Assembly (NCBI GenBank): GCA_965198225.1
Contig: CBDAOY010000009.1
Coordinates: 928,001 to 992,000 of the forward strand
Length of the DNA stretch: 64,000 nt
Source of the DNA: Terriglobia bacterium
Lineage (GTDB): Bacteria; Acidobacteriota; Terriglobia; 20CM-2-55-15
Direction of reading: 5' to 3'
Shown: piece after piece, positions 19,523 through 29,074 of the stretch
Position numbering within the stretch: the stretch's first letter is position 1
Layout of the letters: each line of letters starts with the position of its first letter
Made by a program: the position numbers and the translations under genes
The notes under the pieces: model-generated
What the model was told of the DNA's origin: nothing
Seen by the model: only the letters and a program-made list of their open reading frames with translations
Databases searched by the model: none

Positions 19523-20652
19523 CTAGTGACCTGTAACAGTTAAATCGGGTCCGGGAGAATTCGCTTGGAGGCGTCCCGATAGGTCCACTTTATGGGTTTA
19601 GGTTGTTTGTTGTAATGACGAACGTATCGCATGAGCTTGCGAGCCAGATCTTTAACGGAAGTGAAGATGCCGCGGACGATGACATCCCGCTCGATCTTCG
19701 CAAACCAGAGTTCGACTTGGTTCAACCAGGACGAGTAGGTCGGCGTGTAGTGAATGTGAACGTGGGGATGATCGGTGAGGAATTGCCGGACTCGCTTGGT
19801 CTTGTGAGCGGAAAGGTTATCAGCGATAACGTGAATCTCCTTGTTCGGTGGTTGGTGAACCAGCAGATCCGCCAGGAAAGCCACGAACTCTTCGCTGGTG
19901 TGGCGTGGGGCCGTTTTGCCGACAACCTCCCCGGTCTTCGTATTCAGCGCCGCATAGAGCGAGAGCGTCCCATGGCGGAAATACTCGAAGCCGTGACGTT
20001 CCGCACGGCCCGGAGAAAGCGGAAGCACCGGAACCAAACGGTCCAAGGCTTGGATAGCCGTCTTTTCATCGACGCAAAAGACGGCCGCATGCTGCGGCGG
20101 ATTGACGTAGAGTCCGATGATATCGGCCGCTTTCTTCTCAAAGTCCGGATCGTTGGAAGCCATGTAGCGCTCGATTCGGTGGGGTTGCAGTCCGGCGCGT
20201 TTCCAAACCCGGGCGACCATCATGTGAGTCGTTCCCAGATGAGCGGCCAACTTGCGGCTACTCCAGTGCGTGGATCCATCCGGCGGCGGCTTGCTTGTCC
20301 ACGCCAGTATTCGAGCCTCCATCTTCGGCGTTCGTTTTTCCACTGCTCGGCCCGCATGTCGCGAGTACAACCCCGACAATCCGTCTTCGAGAAATCGGTT
20401 CTTCCATCGCGTGATGTAGCTGCGGTTACAGCCCAGCGCTTCACGGATCACCGAGAACGACTGACCGTCGGCAAGCATCAGTATCAAACGAGCCCGTCGC
20501 ACATCATCGGCCCGCAGCGCTCGGGAGCGCACTCGTCTTTGCAGTTCCCGCTCGACTTTCGGCGTCACTCGCACAGCTGTATAGGTCATGCACGAACGTT
20601 AACTCAACGCAGGGACATTACTGGTCCCACTTTCAACGTTACAGGCCACTAG
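19523..20652 (-). mobile_element. IS630-family insertion sequence
   Basis: Terminal inverted repeats CTAGTGACCTGTAAC and GTTACAGGCCACTAG, with CTAG (TA target) at both ends, enclosing a transposase gene. Confidence 0.93.
19540..20589 (-). CDS. IS630-family transposase
   Basis: N-terminal HTH; DDE motifs VDEKTAIQ, ADNLSAHK and WLNQVELWF. Confidence 0.95.
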   Translation of the reverse strand: MTYTAVRVTPKVERELQRRVRSRALRADDVRRARLILMLADGQSFSVIREALGCNRSYITRWKNRFLEDGLSGLYSRHAGRAVEKRTPKMEARILAWTSKPPPDGSTHWSSRKLAAHLGTTHMMVARVWKRAGLQPHRIERYMASNDPDFEKKAADIIGLYVNPPQHAAVFCVDEKTAIQALDRLVPVLPLSPGRAERHGFEYFRHGTLSLYAALNTKTGEVVGKTAPRHTSEEFVAFLADLLVHQPPNKEIHVIADNLSAHKTKRVRQFLTDHPHVHIHYTPTYSSWLNQVELWFAKIERDVIVRGIFTSVKDLARKLMRYVRHYNKQPKPIKWTYRDASKRILPDPI

Positions 20653-20871
20653 TGACCTGTAACAGGCCACTAGGGCCATCAGATTCCGAACCGATGAGAA
20701 ATCCAGCAATTTCTAATCTCCAACTTCCAATGCGGATTTGTGCATTAACAAATCTGCGATTACCCGGAACCGTCTTTCTGTCCGATCGCAAATTGCGATA
20801 TTTGAAAGAATCCACATTGTAGGGTGCTCATTGCAGATTTGAGGTTTGAAATCTGGCGCAGTTTGGTCCAC

Positions 20872-22449
20872 CTACTGATTCCGGTCCAGCACCCTCCCAC
20901 CGAGTGAATCTGTAAACTCCCCCTCATCGATTGCGAGCAGACCGTTCACGAAGACATATCGCATCCCTTCGCTGAGTTGGTGCGGGTTCTGATAGTCCGC
21001 CCGGTCGCGGATCGTTTCCGCATCGAAAACGATGACGTCCGCGATCGCGCCGGCTCGGATCAGTCCCCGATCCTTCATGCGAAAGACCGAGGCCGGTAAC
21101 GACGTCATGCTGCGGATCGCTTCGGCGAGAATGATCGCTCCGTCGTCCAGGGCGTACTTTCGTATCTTGCGCGAGAAATTCCCGTAGTTGCGGGGGTGGG
21201 GCACGCCCTCGCCCATGGGGACGAGGCCGCCGTCCGACGACGTCATCGTCCAGGGCTGCCGCATCAGTCGGACGACGTCGGCGGCGTCCATGTTGAACGA
21301 GACGAGCCCGGCGTTTCCTTCTTTTACCAGTTCCATTGCCAGATCGGCCGGCTGCATCGTCCGTTCATCCGCCACGCCCTGGAGCGTCTTGCCCTCGATA
21401 GACGGGTCCGGCTCGTAACGCCGGAACTGCAGTCGATCGGCGCCTCCGCGACGGTCGAGGTTTTCGATCACGTCCTGACGAACCCGGGGGGCCTCCCGCT
21501 CGTCGTTGATCCGGCGGATCAACTCGTCGCGCCCTCCGGCCTGGGCCCATCGTGGAATGAGTGCGCCAGTGATACTCGTGCCGGACGCCTCATACGCGTA
21601 CTGGTCGGCGTACACTTCCAGCCCCTCCGCGCGCGCTCTCTCGATGCGCCGGATCAACGCCTGCGAGTATCCCCAGACACGGGGGCCCAAGGCTTTGATG
21701 TGTGTCACGACTCCGGGAAGCCCGCCCTCGCGTGCGACGCGGATGACTTCGTCCACCGCACCGACGACACCGATGTTGTAGTCCGCCTCGTCGCGGATGT
21801 GACTGGTGTAGAGACCCCCGTATCCCGCAGCGATCTTTGCGAGCTCGATGACTTCCTCGAGTTTCGCGTAGTTGCCCGGTGCGTAGTAGAGCCCACTGGA
21901 CAGACCGAAAGCACCCGCTTCCATGCCCCTGCGGACAAGGTCCGTCATATCCTCGAGTTCGGTTGCCGTTGCCTGTCGATCCTCTAATCCGATGACGTCG
22001 CTTCGTACGGACCCGTGCCCGACCAACTGCGCGACATTGACGCCGATCCCGTCTGCGGTGAGGGCTGCGCGCTGGGTGAGGAGATCGGTCGGTCCACCGC
22101 CATCCGGGTTCACGACAACGGTCGTGATTCCCTGGGCCAGAAGCGGTTGTCCGTGGCTGAGTTCGGGGGTTACGAGCCCGCCGGCCGAATGCGAGTGGAC
22201 ATCGATGAAACCCGGAGTGAGGTAGAGTCCACCTGCGTCGATCACTCGCTTTGCCGGCTCGGTTGCCACGTCTCCGAGGGCCACGATGCGCCCGCCCGAG
22301 ATTGCGACATCAGCGTAGTACCACGGGTTGCCCGTGCCATCGAGCACGCGGGCGTTACGGATCACGATGTCAAAGGGTTCCTGCGCGGATGCCGAGGATG
22401 CGAAGCATACCATCAGCGTCAGCCACAAAAGGAGGAGCTCAGCCCTCAT
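20872..22449 (-). CDS. N-acyl-D-amino-acid deacylase (D-aminoacylase, amidohydrolase family), secreted
   Basis: Own signal peptide MRAELLLLWL..ASAQ; PGFIDVHSH, SHIRDE, HPRNYG. Fused to the upstream gene in the ORF track only through a frameshift. Confidence 0.88.
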   Translation of the reverse strand: MRAELLLLWLTLMVCFASSASAQEPFDIVIRNARVLDGTGNPWYYADVAISGGRIVALGDVATEPAKRVIDAGGLYLTPGFIDVHSHSAGGLVTPELSHGQPLLAQGITTVVVNPDGGGPTDLLTQRAALTADGIGVNVAQLVGHGSVRSDVIGLEDRQATATELEDMTDLVRRGMEAGAFGLSSGLYYAPGNYAKLEEVIELAKIAAGYGGLYTSHIRDEADYNIGVVGAVDEVIRVAREGGLPGVVTHIKALGPRVWGYSQALIRRIERARAEGLEVYADQYAYEASGTSITGALIPRWAQAGGRDELIRRINDEREAPRVRQDVIENLDRRGGADRLQFRRYEPDPSIEGKTLQGVADERTMQPADLAMELVKEGNAGLVSFNMDAADVVRLMRQPWTMTSSDGGLVPMGEGVPHPRNYGNFSRKIRKYALDDGAIILAEAIRSMTSLPASVFRMKDRGLIRAGAIADVIVFDAETIRDRADYQNPHQLSEGMRYVFVNGLLAIDEGEFTDSLGGRVLDRNQ

Positions 22450-22498
22450 CTCATGTTTCTGATGAAGCGTCGGCCAAGAAGGGCGACGGGTTCGGGTC

Positions 22499-23028
22499 TC
22501 AGCGGCGTCCGAGTTGGGCACGAATGCGCAACGTCCATTCCCGTTGGTTTTCCGGGCGGGTACCATGTTCTGTTTCCCTGTCATACGTCTGCTGCATTTC
22601 ACGAGTAGGGCGTTGGTCTGCTCCGAGATCTGCTGGAGCCTCTCACGGTTGCCGCAGGGATTGTGGACTCTCCTGAACTCTCTACGGATCTGTCGCGCGT
22701 GAATCGCGGCGATGTCGAAATGGATCTGTTCGTGCTCGAGCAGGCTTGCCGGCATGTCCGGCCGCGCCCAGGAGTTGATCCTTTCGAATTCAGCATCGAT
22801 TCTCCAGTTCGGTGCGTTGTTGGTGCAGGAGACCCGTATCGCTATCGTGAGCGAACTCTGAGCAGCCTGGAAGTCGGGGCTCGCAGGATCGACCGGAGCC
22901 CGAAAATCGCGCCATCGGAGCCGGACTCCTTCCGTCCAGACGATCGGATCGTCTGGAGTCCTTTGAGCTGCCAGAATGCTCGGGATCAGCAGCAGACTGA
23001 TCGCGAGGGAAACGAGGGGTTTCCGCAT
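22499..23028 (-). pseudogene. DUF922-like secreted zinc-peptidase-motif protein, frameshifted near 22605
   Basis: LRWRDF and LLEHEQIHFDI motifs. The expected C-terminus MQQTYDRETEHG...QREW..RI is in another frame, which ends at TGA 22499-22501. Confidence 0.75.
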
Positions 23029-23174
23029 GAAGTAATGAGACTACACGATCGGCGTAGGCGCAAGAAGAGCCTTGCAGGTGTGCGGAATCGAGGGGAAGCC
23101 GCTTCCAGATACGCGACGATAGTCGCATCCGGTTGAGCGGACCGCCGATCGCTGGCGGCTGATTGCTTGCCTAG

Positions 23175-25613
23175 TCACTGGCGGGCCGCCGCGTCCTCGG
23201 AGGCAATTGGCTCCATCCGTTTCATCTGGAAGGCGTGGCTCTTAACTACTCCCAGGATGAACGACGACATGCGGTACTCGTTGGCTTCAGCTTCTCCTGC
23301 GATCGCACGGACTGTCGGTTGATCGAAGTACTCGACCGGACGACCCAGCGCGTACGCCATCAGGTTCTCGGTGAACGTCCTCACCAGTGGTATCGGACGC
23401 TTCAGAATGGCGTCGACGAGCTCGCCGGGAGTCGACACCGGAGTCCCGTCGTAGAAATCGCCCCGTGTGTCGAGCCCAATCCCATTTTCCCGGAGTCGCC
23501 ACTTCGCCGTGACGTCGAAGTTATCCAGGGCCAGGCCGATGGGATCGATCAGGCTGTGACACGAGTTGCAGGCCGGGTTCCGGCGATGCATCTCCATCCG
23601 TTTGCCCGTGGTCAACAGCTTGCCGTCCTGCGCCCCTTCGGTCTCTTCCAGCGCAGGTACGTTCGCCGGTGGCGGTGGCGGCGGCGTGCCCAGCAGGACT
23701 TCCATGACCCACTTTCCGCGCAGCACCGGAGAGGTTCGTGTGGCGAGTGAAGTGAGCACCAGCACGCTTCCGTGACCGAGCAGCCCCCTTCGTTTCTCGT
23801 CCGGGTAGTTCACGCGGCGGAACTGCCGTCCGGGGACGTCCGGGATTCCGTAGTGACGCGCGAGACGCTCGTTGACGAACGTGTAGTCGGCCGAGTACAG
23901 GTCGAGCAGGCTGCGGTCTTCGCGAACGAGATCATTGAAAAACAGCTCCGTCTCCCGCCGCATCGCGTCGGCGAGATTCTCGCCGAAGTTCGGGTAGGCG
24001 GTCACGGCCGGACGCACCTTGTAGAGATCCTGGAGCCGGAACCACTGGGCCGCAAACCGGGTCCCGAGCGCATCTGCGCGTGGGTCGGCCAGCAGCCGAC
24101 GAGCCTGGCGTTCGATCTCTCCCGGCTGGGAAAGCCGGCCCTCGCTCGCGAGCGTCTGGAGTTCTTCATCCGGGGTGGTTCCCCACAGGAAGAACGAAAG
24201 CCGCGACGCCAGGTCCAGGTCGCGGATGCGGTAGACCTGTCCGGGTTCGACACCAGCGGGCTCGCGTTCCAGGCGCAACACGAAGTGCGGGCTCGCCAGG
24301 ATCGCCTCCAGGGAGCTGCGGACACCGACTTCGAACCCCCCTTTTTCGGCGCCGGTGTCGTAGAAATGCATCAGGCCGTCGAGATCGCCGGGCGTGAGGG
24401 AGCGCCGGTAGGCCTCGCTCGCCATCCGCGAAACGATCTCTCTGGCGCAGGGCCGTTCTTCGTCGGTCACGGTCGGACGGCAGGTGAAAATCTTATGCCG
24501 GCTCGGCGTGTCGGAGAGTCCCGTGACGTTGTAGGGTCCCTTGATGGTGAGGTCTCTCAGATGGGGCAGCGTCGTGATCCCGGCTCCGCCCTGGCCCCCG
24601 CCGGCGAACGACCAGTCGTGCGGGCGGATCAGGTCTTCGTATGGCCCATCGGACCGCTTGACGAACGCCGCCGAGACCCGGCGCTGGCCGGCTCGGACGA
24701 CGATCGACTGGGTCTCCGCGCCGTAGCCGATCCGATTGTCGAAGCTGGTTGCCCCAGAGTTTGTGTCATAAAGAAGCAAGGCGACCCGCTCGCCGTCGAT
24801 CGAGACGTCGATGTCATCGAGCCTCGTGTTGTTCCCGGCGCTGAACGTGAACCCGAAGATGTATTCGCCGTCTGCCGGAAAGACATGGTCGATCACCATT
24901 CCGCCCCGCGTCCCGTAGGGGGCACCCTCGACGTGGTCCCACGGGTGTTGCGAAAGGTATTGCGAGTTGGTGAATGTCTGATCGATAGCAGGAGCGTTCC
25001 GGTCACCGACCGCCGTCCGGCTGATCGCCGCGGCCGCGTTGAGGTAGGCCTCCAGCAGTGTGGGAGATAGCGTCTGCGCGTCGGCCATGTTGTCGAAATT
25101 GGCGAGCATCTGGTCGAGCGGCAGCCAGTCCGAGGCATCGACGCCCAACGCAAGAAGGTCCCGGATCGCGAGCTCATACTCGGGCCGGTTCAGCCTCTGG
25201 AAGGTTCGTCCTCCCGGGTTCGGGTTCGCAGCCGCATCCCGGTCGATACCGGCTTCCAGCGAGGTCGCGAAGGCATCGAGTGTCGCCGCATCCGGGCGCG
25301 GCGCGCCTTTGGGCGGCATCATGCCGGCTCGCAGCTTGCGGATCATCTTTTCGACGAGTTCGGCGTTTTCTTCAACATGAGCCAGGTCCAGACCGGACAT
25401 GCTCATATCCCCGGATCGCTCGACGTCGTCGTGACAATAGCCGCAGTACCGATCGACTACCGCCTGCTGCGATTCGACCGACAGTTCGAGTGCGGGTCCA
25501 GCAACGGGGGTCGTTGTGGCCTGTGCTGTCTCTGACTGTGCGAGATTGGTGCCGGTGGCGAGAAGCGCCGACACGCTCAAGATGCCCAGAGTCACGAGGA
25601 TGTGTTTCGACAT
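23175..25613 (-). CDS. DUF1592/DUF1588-type (Planctomycete cytochrome c associated) protein, paralog 1
   Basis: CGYCH and CNSCH heme motifs, RLNRPEY, LASRLSFFLW, TSPVLRGKWV. Confidence 0.9.
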   Translation of the reverse strand: MSKHILVTLGILSVSALLATGTNLAQSETAQATTTPVAGPALELSVESQQAVVDRYCGYCHDDVERSGDMSMSGLDLAHVEENAELVEKMIRKLRAGMMPPKGAPRPDAATLDAFATSLEAGIDRDAAANPNPGGRTFQRLNRPEYELAIRDLLALGVDASDWLPLDQMLANFDNMADAQTLSPTLLEAYLNAAAAISRTAVGDRNAPAIDQTFTNSQYLSQHPWDHVEGAPYGTRGGMVIDHVFPADGEYIFGFTFSAGNNTRLDDIDVSIDGERVALLLYDTNSGATSFDNRIGYGAETQSIVVRAGQRRVSAAFVKRSDGPYEDLIRPHDWSFAGGGQGGAGITTLPHLRDLTIKGPYNVTGLSDTPSRHKIFTCRPTVTDEERPCAREIVSRMASEAYRRSLTPGDLDGLMHFYDTGAEKGGFEVGVRSSLEAILASPHFVLRLEREPAGVEPGQVYRIRDLDLASRLSFFLWGTTPDEELQTLASEGRLSQPGEIERQARRLLADPRADALGTRFAAQWFRLQDLYKVRPAVTAYPNFGENLADAMRRETELFFNDLVREDRSLLDLYSADYTFVNERLARHYGIPDVPGRQFRRVNYPDEKRRGLLGHGSVLVLTSLATRTSPVLRGKWVMEVLLGTPPPPPPANVPALEETEGAQDGKLLTTGKRMEMHRRNPACNSCHSLIDPIGLALDNFDVTAKWRLRENGIGLDTRGDFYDGTPVSTPGELVDAILKRPIPLVRTFTENLMAYALGRPVEYFDQPTVRAIAGEAEANEYRMSSFILGVVKSHAFQMKRMEPIASEDAAARQ

Positions 25614-25650
25614 AACACGGCCCTTTTTCGTCAAATGCCCACCGTCCTGG

Positions 25651-25721
25651 TGTAGCTGCGCTCTATGAGCGCACAAATGCCCGCGAAACTATGAGTCGTG
25701 CGGTCACAGACCGCACCTACA
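25651..25721. repeat. GTAG-type REP doublet (REPIN-like), family A
   Basis: TGTAGCTGCGCTCTATGAGCGCACA ... GTGCGGTCACAGACCGCACCTACA. Confidence 0.8.
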
Positions 25722-25762
25722 CCCGCCGGATAATACCTCTCGGTCATGCTTTGTATGACGCC

Positions 25763-27082
25763 TCAACCGCTGCAAGTGGCGGCGACGTGTCGGATCTCCG
25801 TCGCCCGGAAGATGTCGCGGTCCCCTTCTTTCGCCATCATACCGACGACGGTGACTTCGTGGTTGGTCGAATGTCTCTCCAGCGCCGGGATCCCGGTCAC
25901 GATCGTCTCTTCGCCCGAGTCCTTGTCGGTCAGGATGTAGTACCCGTCCATGTCGTCCTTGTTGAAGCAGCCCGTCAAGCTGTTTGGCTCTCCCTCTGCA
26001 ACCTCGCAAGTTGCGGCGACGTGCCTGATCTCGGTCGCCCGGAAGACGTCGCGGTCCCCCTCCTTCGTCATCATACCGACGACGGTGACTTCGTGGTTGG
26101 TCGAATGTCTCTCCAGCGCCGGGATCCCGGTCACGATCGTCTCTTCGCCCGAGTCCTTGTCGGTCAGGATGTAGTATCCGTCCATGTCACCCTTGTTGAA
26201 GCAGCCCGTCAAGCTGTTTGGATCATCTGCCTCTTCTGCAGGAGCGGGCCCTCCGCCACCTCCTCCGCGCCCGCCTCGACCCCCGCGCCCTCGTCCACGC
26301 CCGCCCGTCGTCTCCTCCTCTGGAGACCATGGGCCGTAACTCAAGTCAGGCAGCAGCCGGGCGATCCATTGCTCGGTGCTCGTCACGATCCCGGCGAGCT
26401 TGGCGTTGACCTCCTGAGCGCCTCCCGGTCCCAGGGCCCGGACGACGGGCGATCCCTGGTCGAGGCTTCCGAAGTTGTCGAGGTAGTACAGATGGATGTA
26501 CCCGCCGTCCCCACCGAGCGCCAGAGCACCGGTCACGTGATGCATCTCCGCCTCGTCAAAATGGGGGAAGAAGTCGGCCTCCATCACGTCGTAGTATTCC
26601 TGCTCGCGGCCGGGGGCGACTTTGGAAAGGTTCACCACCATGACGCCGGGCTCCTCGTCTTCCGGCAGCGGGTTGTCGATGTCGGGAAGGGTCCGGATTG
26701 CGTAGCTCTGGCGGCTGGTGATGCACTTCTCCAGACGGTTCATCAGCGAGGTCAACTCGGCGTCCGCGTCACCAGCGTCGTTGAAACCGGCCAGGTTTTC
26801 ACCGGGGGTGGCGATGAGGAACCTGTAGTTGTCCCCGAACACGGCGGTCCGGCTCACGGTGCGCCACGGCGTGTCGCCGTCTCTGGATCGATCCATGAGC
26901 TCACGTTGGACAGCGATGAATTCGTTGACCATCGCCGGGTCGACCTGCACGATGCTCAGCTGTACCCATGGCGGGGGCTGATCCTCATCCTGTGCCGCAT
27001 CCGCCGAGAGAACCGCCAGCACGCCGACGAGCGCCAGACCGAACAGTGCGACCATTCCGACACGCAAACCTACATTTGCCAT
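25763..27082 (-). CDS. Secreted hypothetical protein: NIPSNAP-like region, RGG linker and two tandem 78-aa domains
   Basis: Signal peptide; RGRGRGGRGG linker; PNSLTGCFNK...IRHVAATC present twice. Confidence 0.75.
   Translation of the reverse strand: MANVGLRVGMVALFGLALVGVLAVLSADAAQDEDQPPPWVQLSIVQVDPAMVNEFIAVQRELMDRSRDGDTPWRTVSRTAVFGDNYRFLIATPGENLAGFNDAGDADAELTSLMNRLEKCITSRQSYAIRTLPDIDNPLPEDEEPGVMVVNLSKVAPGREQEYYDVMEADFFPHFDEAEMHHVTGALALGGDGGYIHLYYLDNFGSLDQGSPVVRALGPGGAQEVNAKLAGIVTSTEQWIARLLPDLSYGPWSPEEETTGGRGRGRGGRGGRGGGGGGPAPAEEADDPNSLTGCFNKGDMDGYYILTDKDSGEETIVTGIPALERHSTNHEVTVVGMMTKEGDRDVFRATEIRHVAATCEVAEGEPNSLTGCFNKDDMDGYYILTDKDSGEETIVTGIPALERHSTNHEVTVVGMMAKEGDRDIFRATEIRHVAATCSG
25772..26221. 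repeat. Intragenic tandem duplication with a 234-bp period
   Basis: 25772-25987 and 26006-26221 are nearly identical at the DNA level. Confidence 0.92.
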
Positions 27083-27194
27083 CGTGAACTCCCTTGTTCG
27101 AACTTCGAGAAGATTCCGTCACCCCGTGGCTGACGGATGAGTCTGGCGGGCGCTGAGGGGCCAGGCCGGCGTGACCCGGCCTGACCCGTCCTGC

Positions 27195-29060
27195 CTAGCA
27201 TACCACGCAGTTGTTGTTGTTCTTCGAGCCCAACTTTTCCAACAGCGCAACCGTCTCGGGGAACGGCGACACACGTTGGACCGGCCCATTCGCCATGTCC
27301 GCCGTCGTCTGTCCGTTCCGGGCAACGGCCGTCACGTCGGCGCCCTTGTCCACAAGGTAGAGGATCATCTCGTTGTCCCCGCGTGCCGCGGCATGGTGTA
27401 GCGGAGTGTAACCGCCGAAATCCCTGGCGTTGACATCGACGCCGAGCTCCTCGATGAGGTACTTCACGGAGGCCATCCATGCGTCCGGCGCGTGACGGTG
27501 GGCGTTTCCTGTAAAGCCTTCACCGTAACCGACACCCGACGCGGCGTGAATCGCGTACACGCCTGGTCCGCCTTCCTTGATCTTTGGCAGACCGGATGCA
27601 TCGGGACCAATGCCCCTGGCGTTGGTCGCGGGCCACAGACCTGGTCCAGCGGGCTGCAGCAGGGGCGGCGTTTCGGTGTTGTCCGCGGTGGTCCCACCCC
27701 TCGGCGGTCGCGGCGCCGGCGCCTTGCTCGGGATGTCGGGGTCGGCGTCGTACTCGACGAGTAGCCGCATCGCATCCACATCTGTCCCGTAGGCGGCACG
27801 CCAGAACGCTGTCGAGCCGTTGGTGTCCTCGAGACCGCAATTGCCGTTCCCGCAACCCGTGTAGGTCATGTACCAGGGATGCTTCGTCAGCCGGTTGTCG
27901 GGGTCCGCGCCGGCTTCCAGCAACACCCCCATGACATCAAGGTAGGTGGCTTGCTGCAGGCCGTGCTCCTGCGGCTGCGGGAACCGCGTTCTCGGTTGCC
28001 ACTCCGCGTTGACGGCCGCCCACAGAGGCGCGGCGTTGTGGACACTGTCGGCCAGGTTCGGGTCCGCGCCACGTTCCAGCAACTGCATTGCAAGGTCGAA
28101 CTGGGCGTTGATCACCGCGATCAGCAATGGGCTGGTGGCGTCTGCCCCGCTGACCTGGTTGACGTCAGCGCCACCATCGATGAGAGCCATCGCCGTGTCG
28201 GCGTAGCCCTGACGGGCGGCATGCAGCAGCGGTGTCAGCCCACCGGTTTTCGTGACTGCGGGCGGTCGATTTCGGCGGCCTCCCTGGCCTCCCGCCGCGG
28301 CTCCACCACGACCTCCGCGACCTCTTCCGCGCCTCTCGGGAACTTCGCCGGACAGGTAGAGGTCCCGCGCAGCAAGGACTGCGGCCTGGACCTGGCTCGG
28401 CGTCGGTTCCTGGAACGAATCCAGAACACCGCGTTGGAGATCACGCGCCGCGTTCACCAGCCTGCCTTCGGCCACGAGGTCGACCGTCTTCGAGGCGATG
28501 CCCGGATCGGCGTCATGCTCGAGGAGCACCCGGATCGCATCAACGCGGTTCTGAGACGCCGCGAAAATCAACGGCGTCTGTTCCCATTTGCTCTCCACCG
28601 CGTTCACGTCCGAGCCGTGGCCGATCAGGGCCGTGATCACGTCCGTGTTACCCGACGCGGCAGCCAGATGGAGAGCTGTCACGCCGCTGTTTGTCGTGCG
28701 TGCGGACACGTCGGCGCCGGCCTCGATCAACATGTCGACCACGGGTGAGCTTCCGTTTGTGCTGGCCACGTGCAGCGGCGTGTACTGCCCGATCCGGGTT
28801 ACCGCCGTCACGTTCGCGCCGGCGTAGATCAGCATTTCCGCCATCGCCGCGTCGCTGCGCTCGGCCGCCCAGTGCAGTGGTGTCATGCCGTCGCCGTGGG
28901 CCGCGTTCACGTCGGCGCCCTTCTGCAGCAGCGCGCGCACACCCTCGATGTTCCCGCGCATGGCCGCGTCCGCGACCGGCGAGTCAACCGGAGCTGCCGT
29001 GATGGCCACACTGACGCACAACGCGCCGATGAGCGTCACGGTTAGGACGAGTCGTCTCAT
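27195..29060 (-). CDS. Secreted ankyrin-repeat protein
   Basis: Multiple GxTPLHxAA...GADVN repeats after a signal peptide. Confidence 0.92.
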   Translation of the reverse strand: MRRLVLTVTLIGALCVSVAITAAPVDSPVADAAMRGNIEGVRALLQKGADVNAAHGDGMTPLHWAAERSDAAMAEMLIYAGANVTAVTRIGQYTPLHVASTNGSSPVVDMLIEAGADVSARTTNSGVTALHLAAASGNTDVITALIGHGSDVNAVESKWEQTPLIFAASQNRVDAIRVLLEHDADPGIASKTVDLVAEGRLVNAARDLQRGVLDSFQEPTPSQVQAAVLAARDLYLSGEVPERRGRGRGGRGGAAAGGQGGRRNRPPAVTKTGGLTPLLHAARQGYADTAMALIDGGADVNQVSGADATSPLLIAVINAQFDLAMQLLERGADPNLADSVHNAAPLWAAVNAEWQPRTRFPQPQEHGLQQATYLDVMGVLLEAGADPDNRLTKHPWYMTYTGCGNGNCGLEDTNGSTAFWRAAYGTDVDAMRLLVEYDADPDIPSKAPAPRPPRGGTTADNTETPPLLQPAGPGLWPATNARGIGPDASGLPKIKEGGPGVYAIHAASGVGYGEGFTGNAHRHAPDAWMASVKYLIEELGVDVNARDFGGYTPLHHAAARGDNEMILYLVDKGADVTAVARNGQTTADMANGPVQRVSPFPETVALLEKLGSKNNNNCVVC

Positions 29061-29074
29061 GCTTCTTTCCCCCC

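Noticed and set aside
19603-20652. 349-aa ORF antisense to the IS630 transposase
   Set aside because: Shadow ORF with no independent coding evidence.
20872-23028. 718-aa DUF922 / D-aminoacylase fusion in the ORF track
   Set aside because: The real DUF922 C-terminus is in another frame and the aminoacylase has its own signal peptide, so the fusion results from a frameshift.
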